Shown here: in pieces, positions 34,427 to 44,688 of the stretch
How the letters are laid out: every line of letters starts with the position of its first letter
Position numbering within the stretch: position 1 is the stretch's first letter
Source of the DNA: Histomonas meleagridis 2922-C6/04-290x
Lineage: Eukaryota > Protista > Parabasalia
DNA: 64,000 bases
Assembly (NCBI GenBank): GCA_020184695.1
Contig: JAANOX010000231.1
Location: 62,001-126,000, forward strand
Direction: 5' to 3'
The notes under the pieces: generated by a model
Told to the model about the DNA's origin: nothing
Databases searched by the model: none
The model's input: only the letters and a program-made list of their open reading frames with translations
Translations under genes and position numbers: made by a program

Positions 34427-36007
34427 TTAATGTACATTAATTCTCATTGGGGCCGGAAAATTATTTGAATCATTTTCATTATTTTTTATTGTTCTTTTAG
34501 GAGTTTCTGTTTTCATACATTGAACATCAAGTGGGATTTCGATATTTTTTGTATTGTTTAAAGATTTCTTAAGGTTTTCATTTGTTTTCTTTAATTCCTT
34601 AATTCTATTTTGAAGCTTTTCATTTTCTTCTTCTAGTCTTTTATTTTCTTCTTCTGTTGAATTGATTTTATTATTAAGTAAATCAATTTTTTCTTTGAGT
34701 TTTTTGTTTTCATTTTCAATTTCACAATTTTCTTTATTATGTTTTTCCAAAATTTCATTTAATTCGTCAATAGATAAATCACAATTTTTATTATCATTTA
34801 TTAGTTCATAATTATTTATGTTTAAATTTTTAATTGTTTCATTAATTGATTGAATTTGTTGTTCGAATAATTTTTTGCTCTTGTTCATAAATTCATTCAT
34901 TTCTTTTTGTATATTATTTTGAACACGATTCTCTATGTCTTCCTTGGTTTCTTGATGTAACTGATGAGTTATTAATGATGTTTCAGATGCCAATTGAAGT
35001 GAATATAATGATTCTTGAATTTGTGAATCATCTAATGAAATGTTTAAAATTAAAGAAGATTTTGATGACTTCTTCCCGGGTTCAAAAAGTTGTTTGAGCA
35101 AGTGAGTTAATTTTGAATCTTTATATGGAATTGTGGCTTTCCTTTGATCAAACTCTTGGAAAAATTTCACGCATTTTAAGAACATTTGAAGTGAAGTATT
35201 TGGTTTATCGCTATCTCTGATCAATGTGTTTACATTTGATGTCTTTCTTACGCTTTTTTCAGTTGCAGGAAGATCAACGAAAACGAAATATGATAACTTG
35301 TTCCGAATGGAAAGCTTGAGACGAATAACAGTGCTAGAAGATTTCCTTTGTTTATCACCTTTGTACTTAGAAGTGAAATTGTTGATATCATTGATTGTAT
35401 TAAGTGGTAATTCAACCAAGTTTTTGATCTCAATTTCGCCATCCTTGTCAATTCCAATCCTTATTGAAGAGGATTTTTGTTTTGTGCATAGAAGATCAAA
35501 AATTGTTTCATTATTGATTTCCATTAATGAGATAGAAAGTCGAGGTTTGCGCTTTTCGTTGGATATTTTATTGAATATGTGATTTAATGTCATTTGAATT
35601 ATACCAGAATTTTCATCATTGCCAAACAATGTATATGTTTTACCTGAGTTTTGAGGTCCAAAACAAAAAAAGAATGCATTTTTTTGCTCCAAGAAATCAG
35701 AAATCATTGGTAAAACGATCGTTTCAAATAAAGAGCTTTGAGTTTGGTTGATTTCAATTTTTTGTGGAAATTTAAAACAAATTTTTCCTTCAGATGATTC
35801 TAAAAGTAAATCATTGTCTTTAATTTGATAATTGCTCTCAATAGTTTGTTGGAGAATAGGTTTTATTCTGAGATAAGTTTTGATTTTATTGTCTGATTTA
35901 GATGAAGGTTTTATTATCTTAACATGTCGTGTGGGTTTTGTTTTCTCTAAGTTTTTAGTATGAGTTGATTGCTTGTTTTGTTTGTCTTTGGTTGCTTTGG
36001 ATATCAT
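34427..36007 (-). CDS. Kinesin motor-domain protein with degenerate switch motifs and coiled-coil tail (kinesin-6-like)
   Basis: YLRIKP, GPQNSGKTYTL, ISLMEINNETIFDLL and IPYKDSKLTHLL are present. Switch II reads DLPATE and no SSRSH is found. Confidence 0.85.
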   Translation of the reverse strand: MISKATKDKQNKQSTHTKNLEKTKPTRHVKIIKPSSKSDNKIKTYLRIKPILQQTIESNYQIKDNDLLLESSEGKICFKFPQKIEINQTQSSLFETIVLPMISDFLEQKNAFFFCFGPQNSGKTYTLFGNDENSGIIQMTLNHIFNKISNEKRKPRLSISLMEINNETIFDLLCTKQKSSSIRIGIDKDGEIEIKNLVELPLNTINDINNFTSKYKGDKQRKSSSTVIRLKLSIRNKLSYFVFVDLPATEKSVRKTSNVNTLIRDSDKPNTSLQMFLKCVKFFQEFDQRKATIPYKDSKLTHLLKQLFEPGKKSSKSSLILNISLDDSQIQESLYSLQLASETSLITHQLHQETKEDIENRVQNNIQKEMNEFMNKSKKLFEQQIQSINETIKNLNINNYELINDNKNCDLSIDELNEILEKHNKENCEIENENKKLKEKIDLLNNKINSTEEENKRLEEENEKLQNRIKELKKTNENLKKSLNNTKNIEIPLDVQCMKTETPKRTIKNNENDSNNFPAPMRINVH

Positions 36008-36157
36008 TTTTAAATTTGTTAAACGTACGGATGCGGCAACCGTTTTGCTTCTGGCTTAACGGCTTTACCCATTTTTTCCCGATAAATTTGTCAAAATTCA
36101 AAGTGTGTTCAAATAATGTGTACTTTACACGAATTCCGACACATTCAAAACAAAATA

Positions 36158-36754
36158 ATGGCTGAAGATCGTGGGATAAAAGTTGTATTGATTGGCGATC
36201 CTGCTGTTGGCAAAAGTTGTATTGCAAACCGAGCAGTTACAGGCGTTTTTAACGAAGAAATGGAGGCAACACTTGGGGCTTCTTATATTTCAAAAGTAGT
36301 TACATTCAACGATAAAGAATACAAGCTTCAAATATGGGACACAGCAGGACAAGAAAAGTTTCGTGGTTTAACACCTCTTTATTTTCGAGGTGCAAATGTT
36401 GCACTAATTGTTTACGCGATTGATAATATCGATAGTTTTCATGCAGTCGAAAAATGGCTAACGCGTCTAAGAGAATCGGCAGACAAAGACGTTCGAATTT
36501 TTTTGGTGGCAAATAAAATCGATAACATAGCGTACAAAGTTGTAGAATCGGATGAAGGTCAGGAACTAGCAGAAAAGATTGGTGCAACATTTTATGAGGT
36601 TAGTGCAAAAACAGGTCAAGGTGTAGATGATCTTTTTGCTGAAATTCCAGAAGCTTACGAAGGTCAATCAAACAGCGAACAAAATTCACAACAAACAGTC
36701 AAAATAGATGGCAAAAAGTCAAAGAAACACAAGTCTAAGCTTGGAAAATGCTAA
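36158..36754 (+). CDS. Rab-family small GTPase (Rab5/21/22-related)
   Basis: GDPAVGKS, WDTAGQE, YFRGA, NKID, EVSAKTG and a terminal Cys. Confidence 0.95.
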   Translation: MAEDRGIKVVLIGDPAVGKSCIANRAVTGVFNEEMEATLGASYISKVVTFNDKEYKLQIWDTAGQEKFRGLTPLYFRGANVALIVYAIDNIDSFHAVEKWLTRLRESADKDVRIFLVANKIDNIAYKVVESDEGQELAEKIGATFYEVSAKTGQGVDDLFAEIPEAYEGQSNSEQNSQQTVKIDGKKSKKHKSKLGKC

Positions 36755-37200
36755 CGTGTAAAAACCTTTTTGGCGCTACAATTAATAACCGTTATAATGC
36801 AAGCAATTTTTCGTTTTCGAAATTCAAAAATTGAATTATACCAAATTATTTGTTCAAAAACATTGAATTAATTCCGTTAACCTGGCAGTCAAGGTCAAGT
36901 GATTTAACGTCTTTAAACGTTTTCCAGTCATGACCGTTATAATGGATATGTTTAGGTGGTTCAACCAGATAAAAATTTGCTTTTCTAGCGAAGGGTACCC
37001 TTCATAAAGTACTTATTCTTTTCAATTTTGCAAAATGAATTGCCCATGGGGAGCCTTGGGCAAGTTTGAATGAAGTGTGAACTTTACACCAACGATACAC
37101 TCTGAAAAAACCACAGTTTGGTGGGTTGCAGTGGGCATGTTTGAATGGTATTCAAAATGTATTAGTTGGTACATTAACAATGTTATTTCCAATAACAATT

Positions 37201-37461
37201 TCATAAATTGGAATACGAACAGATAATGTAGAACCTGTCTCTAATGCTAATCGTGAAGTAATATGGATAATATATAGTGAGATCTTGCTCAGTATAATTA
37301 GGAATTCTTCCATTATTTTGCAAAACTCCATACGCTCTTTCTAAATCATGATCAGTTATGGGAGAATTAGAAGAACTGGTTAATTTACGATGTAAAACTC
37401 GTTCTTTATTTAGTGAATAATATGATTCATTACGTGTACCAATACGATAAGGATCAAACAT
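37201..37461 (-). other. Orphan 86-aa ORF downstream of the capsid relic, possibly an accessory ORF of the endogenous virus
   Basis: Same strand as, and 47 bp after, the capsid fragment. Coding-like sequence continues to about 36860 with frameshifts; no recognised homolog. Confidence 0.35.
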
Positions 37462-37508
37462 AAAAATAAATAGGTGGTGAAATATTTATTCAAATATAAT
37501 TGCATGAT

Positions 37509-37718
37509 TTAATTGTAATCCTCTTTATGTCCCAAATCACTTTCATCATCAGATTCTGCAGTAGTGATTAATAATATTATTGAATTACCTGCATTCAAAT
37601 TACGTGCAGACCTAGTACGAAATACTTGCATTTGATCAAATCCTGGTGTGATATATTTTGACATAATAACATTTTGATTAGGTTCATATAATGATGCTGG
37701 TGCTACAGGAGTACCTCT
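37509..37718 (-). pseudogene. CRESS-DNA virus capsid C-terminal fragment (kirkovirus/Po-Circo-like)
   Basis: Manual translation: RGTPVAPASLYEPNQNVIMSKYITPGFDQMQVFRTRSARNLNAGNSIILLITT...*. YxPNQxVIxS and xRNLNxGDxIxL resemble recalled kirkovirus-type Cap motifs. Not in the ORF track. Confidence 0.6.
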
Positions 37719-37727
37719 TTAAATATA

Positions 37728-39905
37728 TAGACAGTGGGAAAAGTGCGTCCGTCAGCCTTTTTTTCGATGAATAAATAAGTAAAAGAAAATTTGTTTACTT
37801 ATTATGCAATGTATTCACCTTGAGTTTCAATTGTAATTATAAGTCTGTTCATCCATTCATTATATAGGATGTCCGGGAGAAATGTTAGCATATCTATATA
37901 TAGACAATTAATATAATTAATATTATTATATTATAATAGAGCACTTTGGATACAATATAAATATATATATATAATATTTATTTAATATTTCAGACAATTT
38001 GGTAAATTTTGGATTTTTCTTCGAAAAAATTTGAAGGATTTATTTTTGTCACAATGCAAACACACAGAAAATGATTGACCAAGATAGTGTCGCAAGATAT
38101 CTCAGCCTAAAAGGATGGACAGCTGTTAAAATTTATATTAAAATTTATGAAGGAGACTTTAGGTACTTCCTGGAAATCATATCAGAGTATTGCTAGAGCG
38201 ATTAGATTAGGAACAATTGGAACAAATAGTAATGAGTCTAATGAATCAATTAATTTCACTGAACCATCAAACACTGATGAAAATATGTGGATATGTTTGA
38301 TGAATTCCCTTTCTCTTCAGTTAGGCAAATAGCCCATAAAACATATATCCCAAGATCAAGTGTTTACGATCACCTAATCAAAATTAAGTTCGTTTGCATA
38401 CACCTTCATTGGGTACCCCATTCTCTTACACCATAGCAAAAAAAGTGCGGGTTCGATTATGTATCAAACTATCATAGGTCATTAGAACTGCAAAAAAAGA
38501 TTCCTAGAGGCATTTTGTTACAGAAGATGAAAAATGGTTTTATTTCAACTATGATTATCGAGAAAGATGGGGACAAATAGGGGATAACCCAGAAGAAATT
38601 GTATCAAATAAAATTTCTTCTCAAAAATTCATGTTGTCAATATATTTCAATGCAAATGGTTTTGTTATCGTTGACTGTCTTCCTAGAGGTCAAAAGTTTA
38701 ATGCACACTACTACGTGAATAATATTCTATCTAAACTTGTTCAAAGATTCAATGATGGTTTTGATAAATATTTAATTTTGCACGTTGACAATGCAAAACC
38801 GCATACTGCTCGTATCACCACAAATTTTATTGACTCGAACCAGATGATAAGAGCTCCGAATCCCCCATATCCACATGATGTAGCACCATTAGATTTTTGT
38901 CTTTTAAATAATGTCAAAGAAAAGCTCAAGGGTTATTCATTTGAGACCCCTGAAGAGTTAAGACATCAGGTTCATCGAATTTTAAATGACATTTCAGAAG
39001 ATGAATTGAACCGTGCTTCTCTGAACTGGGAAGAGAGATTTCAAATAGTTATTGAGACCAAAGGTGAATACATTCACTAAATATAAAAATAATATTTTAT
39101 GTTTTCATTTATTATCTTTATATGTTGAAATGCTAACACTTTTACCGGACACCCTATATAGGGCTTCGTAGGTGTCTTTAAAAATACTATACAGTAACGC
39201 CTAAACCTTTTGAAAAGTTGATCTTTATTTTCAAACATCTCACCTTTGAGCATTTTTTTTCGATATCCGAACAGAAAAAAGTCAGACGGTGCGAGATCTG
39301 GCGAAAACGGGGGTTGCAGAAGTTTCTGAATGCTCACTTCATTCAATTTTTCATGAACCATATGAGGTCGGGCGTTATTCATATGAAAAAAATACCCCTC
39401 AGTTGAAATTCTTTTTGCCGAATCTCCAAGTACAACTTCAGAAAAAAATTTCGATCGAATTTTTGACCTATTGGGAGCATTGTTATTGATTTGATACCAT
39501 TTATCAACCATATAACAAATATCATCACTTTTTTGGAGGCAATAGTTTGTTTGGGTTTGTTTGGTTTTTGCACTCCAGATTCAATTTACATGAAGTTTCT
39601 CCCGTTAACAAAATAAATCCAGGTTTCATTTTGCGTCAATATGTGCCTCAGTCTGTGATCATATGAACTAACCAAAGAAAATTGACAACAGAACGTAATT
39701 CCTCAATTGGAACTGACATAAGAATGATTAAACGTTCTTTTTCAGAGGGTATCCTGAAAAAAAGTCGTTTTACTTCATGCATCATATTTATTTGAAAAAC
39801 AGTATTATAATATATTTATTATAAATTATATTATATAACTTGATTTTATAAAAATCTAATATTAATCGAAATAAAATATGACGAACGGACTTTTTCCACC
39901 CCCTA
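37728..39905 (-). mobile_element. Outer mariner element B, internally deleted, host of nested element A
   Basis: 27-bp TIRs at 37728-37754 and 39879-39905 (21/27 match), TA on both flanks. Transposase remnants: ELRSVVNFLWL, LRHILTQNETWIYF, FHMNNARPH, QPPFSPDLAPSDFFLFG, and C-terminus EWMNRLIITIETQGEYIA* left of A. Confidence 0.9.
37865..39156 (+). mobile_element. Inner mariner element A (1292 bp), D,D34D-type transposase pseudogene
   Basis: 27-bp TIRs at 37865-37891 and 39130-39156 (23/27 match), TA TSD. Transposase 38071-39080 has VTEDEKWFY, LHVDNAKPH, PPYPHDVAPLDF and WEERFQIVIETKGEY, with frameshifts and stops. Confidence 0.93.
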
Positions 39906-39907
39906 TA

Positions 39908-40125
39908 TTTATTTGTAAAAGATGGATTATAACTTGGAACAATCCCCCAGAAAACTGGCAAGAAAACGATTAAGAACTAATGATTAATAACATCGAATCT
40001 CTAATCGCAGAAAAAGAATATGCTCCTACAACATGGAATTGTCATATTCACGGATATTTCCAGATTGAGTATTAATTAGTATAAACAAACTGTAAAGTCA
40101 TGGTTACCAAGTATATATACTTTTG
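39908..40125 (+). pseudogene. CRESS-DNA virus Rep (HUH endonuclease) N-terminal fragment
   Basis: Manual translation from 39917: KRWIITWNNPPENWQEND*ELMINNIESLIAEKEYAPTTWNCHIHGYFQIEY*. This gives RCR motif I (W-x-x-T-W-N-N-P) and motif II (ExAPTTGxxHIHGY, with G>W). TVKSWLP follows after a frameshift. Not in the ORF track. Confidence 0.85.
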
Positions 40126-40654
40126 TCTCGCCCAAATTTGTAATTTTATATCAGAAAAATTGATAGCATTAAGATATTATTGAAAATTGGATTGAGTTAT
40201 AATTTTTGGCGCCAGTATTGGCGGGATCGATGGTAGCGAAAAATTCCCTGAAACTGCTAATGATTATATCAAATTCATGTGATAACCGTTGTTGATACAA
40301 AATCAGTTTATTATCCTCATGTTGACCTATCTTTACGCAACTCCTGGACCACCGGGGGATCAGTGTGGCAGGGTTGAGAATGGATCGCCTGCACATTCAC
40401 GCTACAGCGTCAGGTAGGTCAACAATAACAAATTAATACAGTAAAACAATAGTGAACATGTCAGAAGGAGATCTCAGCATTGCATCTCAACAAAACATCA
40501 ATGAACATCTCAAATGAACAAAAAAAATAATAAATATTGAAAATGTTTTTTGACTTTTGTTATTGATAAATTTTTCTTTTTCTTCACAATATGTGAATTT
40601 TTCTTAATAAAAATTGCTTTTTTTATTTTAATTTAACTTTGACGTATTTTTTTC

Positions 40655-41815
40655 ATGAATCGTTTGAACCGTGTCTATAATGACAATCCAAGATTCCACA
40701 AAGATCACAAAGAATACATAAATTACGACATATGGATGCTAATATGTGCAGAATTTCAGGACGAAAAGGCCATACCATCCATAAGCAATAGAACTGGTAT
40801 TCCTCCATCAACTCTTCATACATGGAGGATATGCTACCGGGAAGATCAAAAATGGTCCCCAAGAGATAACAACTGGGGAAGAAGAAATAGAATTTTTAAA
40901 GGAGAAAAAGAAAATAACCTTGCATCATATTATTGATCAAGGAAAGTTTTACTCCACAAATAAAGACTTCAAAGAAATCGCAATTGAATACTACTTGAGT
41001 ATTCACCCAGGTGATGACATTAAAATGTTCAATTGTTCGGAGGGGTCAATTGCGCATTTCAAAAGAAGACACAAGTTCTCATCCAAAAGGTTCCATTTCA
41101 AATGCAGGATGAAACGTTACATCGGAACAAAGGCAACATTGGCTGGAACAAATGTGCAAGCTTTTGGCAAAAGTACCTCATACGAAAATCATAAATTGTG
41201 ATGAGACTTCATACTGCCTATACCCAAAAGGTTTGCTTACATGTGATGTTGTCGGACAAGATAATGTGAAGACATTGATCCGAAGGAACGAGAAGGACAA
41301 CATGACGGTTATAGCTAGTATAACAGCAGAAGGCAAGAAATTCCCTCTTATGTATATAGCGAAGGGCAAAACCGAGAGAGCCGAAAATTCACAAATTGGT
41401 GATATTGGTCCGCATTGGAAAACCCACTCGGAAAGTGGATGGATGACAAACGAAGCTTTCCGAATATACCTGAGAAAATTGCGAGAGCATTTTGGTGATA
41501 ACAAGACGATTCACCTGGTTTTGGACTGCTACAAAACCCACAAAAGTAAACTGATCAGGAATTTGGCAGAAAATCTCAACATTTCATATCACTTTATTTC
41601 TCCAGGAATGATGAATTTCAGCCACTCGATAGGAAGATCTTTGGCATCGTGAAGGAACATGCAAAAAAATTTCATCGGAAACGCGTAAAAAAGGTAATTG
41701 GCAACATCACAAAAAGTGGAGCGTGTGTGAAATGATTCAAGCCTGGGATCTTATAAAGAAGGAATCTTCGGTTTTGAATTCATGGGACATCTATGATGCA
41801 TGGCATATTGAATAA
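40655..41815 (+). mobile_element. pogo/Tigger-like (DDE_1, CENP-B-type) transposase pseudogene
   Basis: HTH (TGIPPSTLHTWR), CSEGSIAHFKRRH, IINCDET, FPLMYIAKGKT, SESGWMT, LVLDCY and QPLD (about 41620) lie in successive shifted frames; TIRs not resolved. Confidence 0.88.
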
Positions 41816-42140
41816 AAATCATTATAAATTGATCTAATTTTTTCGAAATAATCGATAATTGTCAAAAGAATCAAAATTTCCAATAATTTAAAATTTATAT
41901 AGTATTTGATATTTAAATGACAACGTAGGGATATGCTTTAAATAACATTCATTATGTGGCTTAAAATAATTTTAATAAACCGATGCACCGATCAAAGATT
42001 TTTTCCGTCCGAAATTTTAAATGATACATATCAAATTACATATGATATAGTCTTTTAATTAGCCTCGTAGCAGCCGTTTAATAAACAATTAATTATTAAA
42101 TAACATACTATTAATATGTAACTTGTAACGTAACGTAATG

Positions 42141-42683
42141 TTAAATATAACTATTATAAAGAAAAAAGTATAATGAAGTTGTAACCAAACAAGTTACGTC
42201 ACGAAGTCTGGTGGTAAAAAAAAGCGCACTTTTTGATTGGTTTATGCAACAACAATAGTGAAAGTAGGGTTCGTTTTTGGGGGTGATGAGTTTTGATCGG
42301 CGTGCATTTAAAACGAAGTTGAGGTGCCCTTTCTTTTTTTCTGGACGATTAAATTGGAACAAGGTAAATTGTTTATATATGGATTTGCATTTCCATATTG
42401 TAAGAGACTTTGGTGCAAATGGATCTCTCTTGGCTACATTTGCCATTGCTTGGTAACCAACATTAGCTTCCTGCTTATATGCCATTATATAGGCGAGTTC
42501 TTCTTGAGTTACAGGAGGAGATGGACGACCACAATTTCGAATTTGGATTTCGAACATTTCACAAATCTCATGTACCCTATCTCTTCCGATGTGGTATTTC
42601 TTCATCACTGCCTTTACGCCTTTGGCACAGATATCGTACTTGAACTTATCAATGCTGAAGCTCATTAAAAGTAAACCTGACAA
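42141..42683 (-). mobile_element. IS481/integrase-like transposase N-terminal fragment
   Basis: AVMKKYHIGRDRVHEI...GRP...YKQEANVGYQAMA...WKCKSIYKQFTLF resembles the N-terminal half of recalled parabasalid 'integrase core' transposases; catalytic core missing. Confidence 0.5.
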
Positions 42684-44550
42684 ATATTGGATTTAAATTT
42701 ATCGAATATTCAATTGTTTCAATATCTATCAATTCATTCAATTTTTTAATAAAAATTTTTGAACGTATATGTATAAAAAATCTTAAGATGCTTTGAAGCA
42801 TGTTAATATACATTACATTATATATTGTTTTCATCTTGGTATTATTATATAACTCAAAAAACCAAGTATTAGGACTGTTAGAAAATATCTTTATATAATA
42901 TGTTTTCAAAGTTTTCTTATTAATAAATTTATCTTTAATACGACGTTTAATAACATTTTTTATTTTCTTATTAGTTGCACTAGAAATAACTTTCATAATA
43001 TGTTTTTTTACATGATAATAGAATTTAAAATGTGTCTTATCTATAATACTTGTTACTTGTTAAAAAAGGAGTGAAATAATCAGTAAAATACCAGGTGCTA
43101 TGCAAGCATTTAGAGGCAAGAAAGATAAAGTAGAACGTGGTATTGATAATATAGTGAATATGGTACCAGATTCAAAATTTGAAAATAAGATTAGAGGTGC
43201 TGTTGATAATGGCAAATAGTAGATAGAGTCCAAAAAGTCTCTGATAAAGCACAACCTTATATAACAGCTGGTAGAAATATTTATAATAAATTATAAAAAT
43301 TTAATTCAAATACCTAAAAATAAAGAAGATATTAAAAAAATAGTTAATTCTCTGCAATATAAAGATGCTGTTAATAAAATAATATTATCATTAACTAATT
43401 ACATTTTTATTATTATAATATGTGTTAAATGACTGAGATAGAGATTGATTCTGGTATTAATGAGAATGAAACTACTAATAATGAAAAATAAGTGATCAAT
43501 AATGAAATAGGAAAGAAACCTATTAAAAACTTAACTAATAAAAAAAATAACATTGTATTAAATAATGCTATAAAAGGTATTGATAATAAGTATTATGATG
43601 TAGTATTTTATAAGAATGGTAATTCAAGAATAGTTTTAAAGAAATCAGGTAAAGAAAGTAATAAGAATAATAATAAAGTTAATAAAGATAAAGAAAGTAA
43701 AACTATTACTAACTCAACTAATGATCAGTATATGATAGAACATTTATTCAGACTTGAAAATAGAGTATCTAAATTAAAAAGTAAACAAAAGAAATTAAAA
43801 CGAAAATATAATAAAATGAGATATGATATTTATGATGAAGATGATGATAGTGTTATTATTAATGAAAATGAAACTACTAAAAATAATACTACTAAAGAAA
43901 ATATCACTGAAAACGAAACCAATGAGTCGCAGACAAGCTGCTCCGCTGCGCCAAATCAATCTTATGAAAGATATATTAAACAACCAAGAGGCTGGAGATT
44001 ATGTATTAGATCCTATAACTATTTATAAACAACTATATTTTATTTTTTATTAAATGTCTAAACGAATCAAAAGATCATTAAGAAAAGTCCGTAGAAAACG
44101 TAATCTTAATCAAATAACTAAAAGAAGTTTAAGAACTCTAAATAAATCTAACTCAGTTAGAAATGAAAAAATTGGATTAAGGGGAGTTGTTCCACCAAAA
44201 CGTTAATTGGGATAAAGTTAATAGATTAAGAAATACTAATGAATTTAAACAACGAGAATTAAATGATATCAAAAAATAGACAAAAAAGTTATATTAATCA
44301 AAGAAATGAATATGATAAGCAGATTAAACAAGCTCAAGATGAATCTAAACTAATTTCTCACATGGAATTGAAATACATTGTCCTCCCCCTCACTCTTCAG
44401 ATCAACTTCAAGCTCTCGACCTTTGCGTATTTTCCGCGACAAAATCTTATGCAACAAGGATTGGAAATATTGATACAGGGAAATTATAAAATATCTATTA
44501 ATATACAATGTATGAATAATCATAATAATAAATCATTAAACACATTTTAA
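42649..44550. mobile_element. Maverick/Polinton fragment (integrase relic plus small ORFs)
   Basis: 42649-42996(-) YYIKIFSNSPNTWFFELYNN resembles Maverick integrase. Plus strand carries an amphipathic ORF relic (about 43060-43300), 43492-44028 (YDVVFYKNG...LFRLENRVSKLKSKQKKLK) and a basic MSKRIKRSLRKVRRKR ORF at about 44056. All resemble recalled trichomonad Maverick ORFs; very AT-rich. Confidence 0.65.
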
Positions 44551-44688
44551 ATTATTCGTACAAAAATGATAAACACATTAATAAGATATTAAATCAAAAA
44601 ATTACTTTATTAAATGTATTTATAAATATATTCAATAAAGTTTTGGATTTGAAACTCTTTCAATTTATATCACTTAAATTTCAGTTAA

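Noticed and set aside
37728-39905. Composite transposon made of two tail-to-tail mariners
   Set aside because: The minus-strand transposase continues in frame on the far side of element A, which shows nesting.
40437-42120. TIRs for the pogo-like element (TACAGTAAAAC at about 40437)
   Set aside because: No matching inverted copy was found downstream of the transposase.
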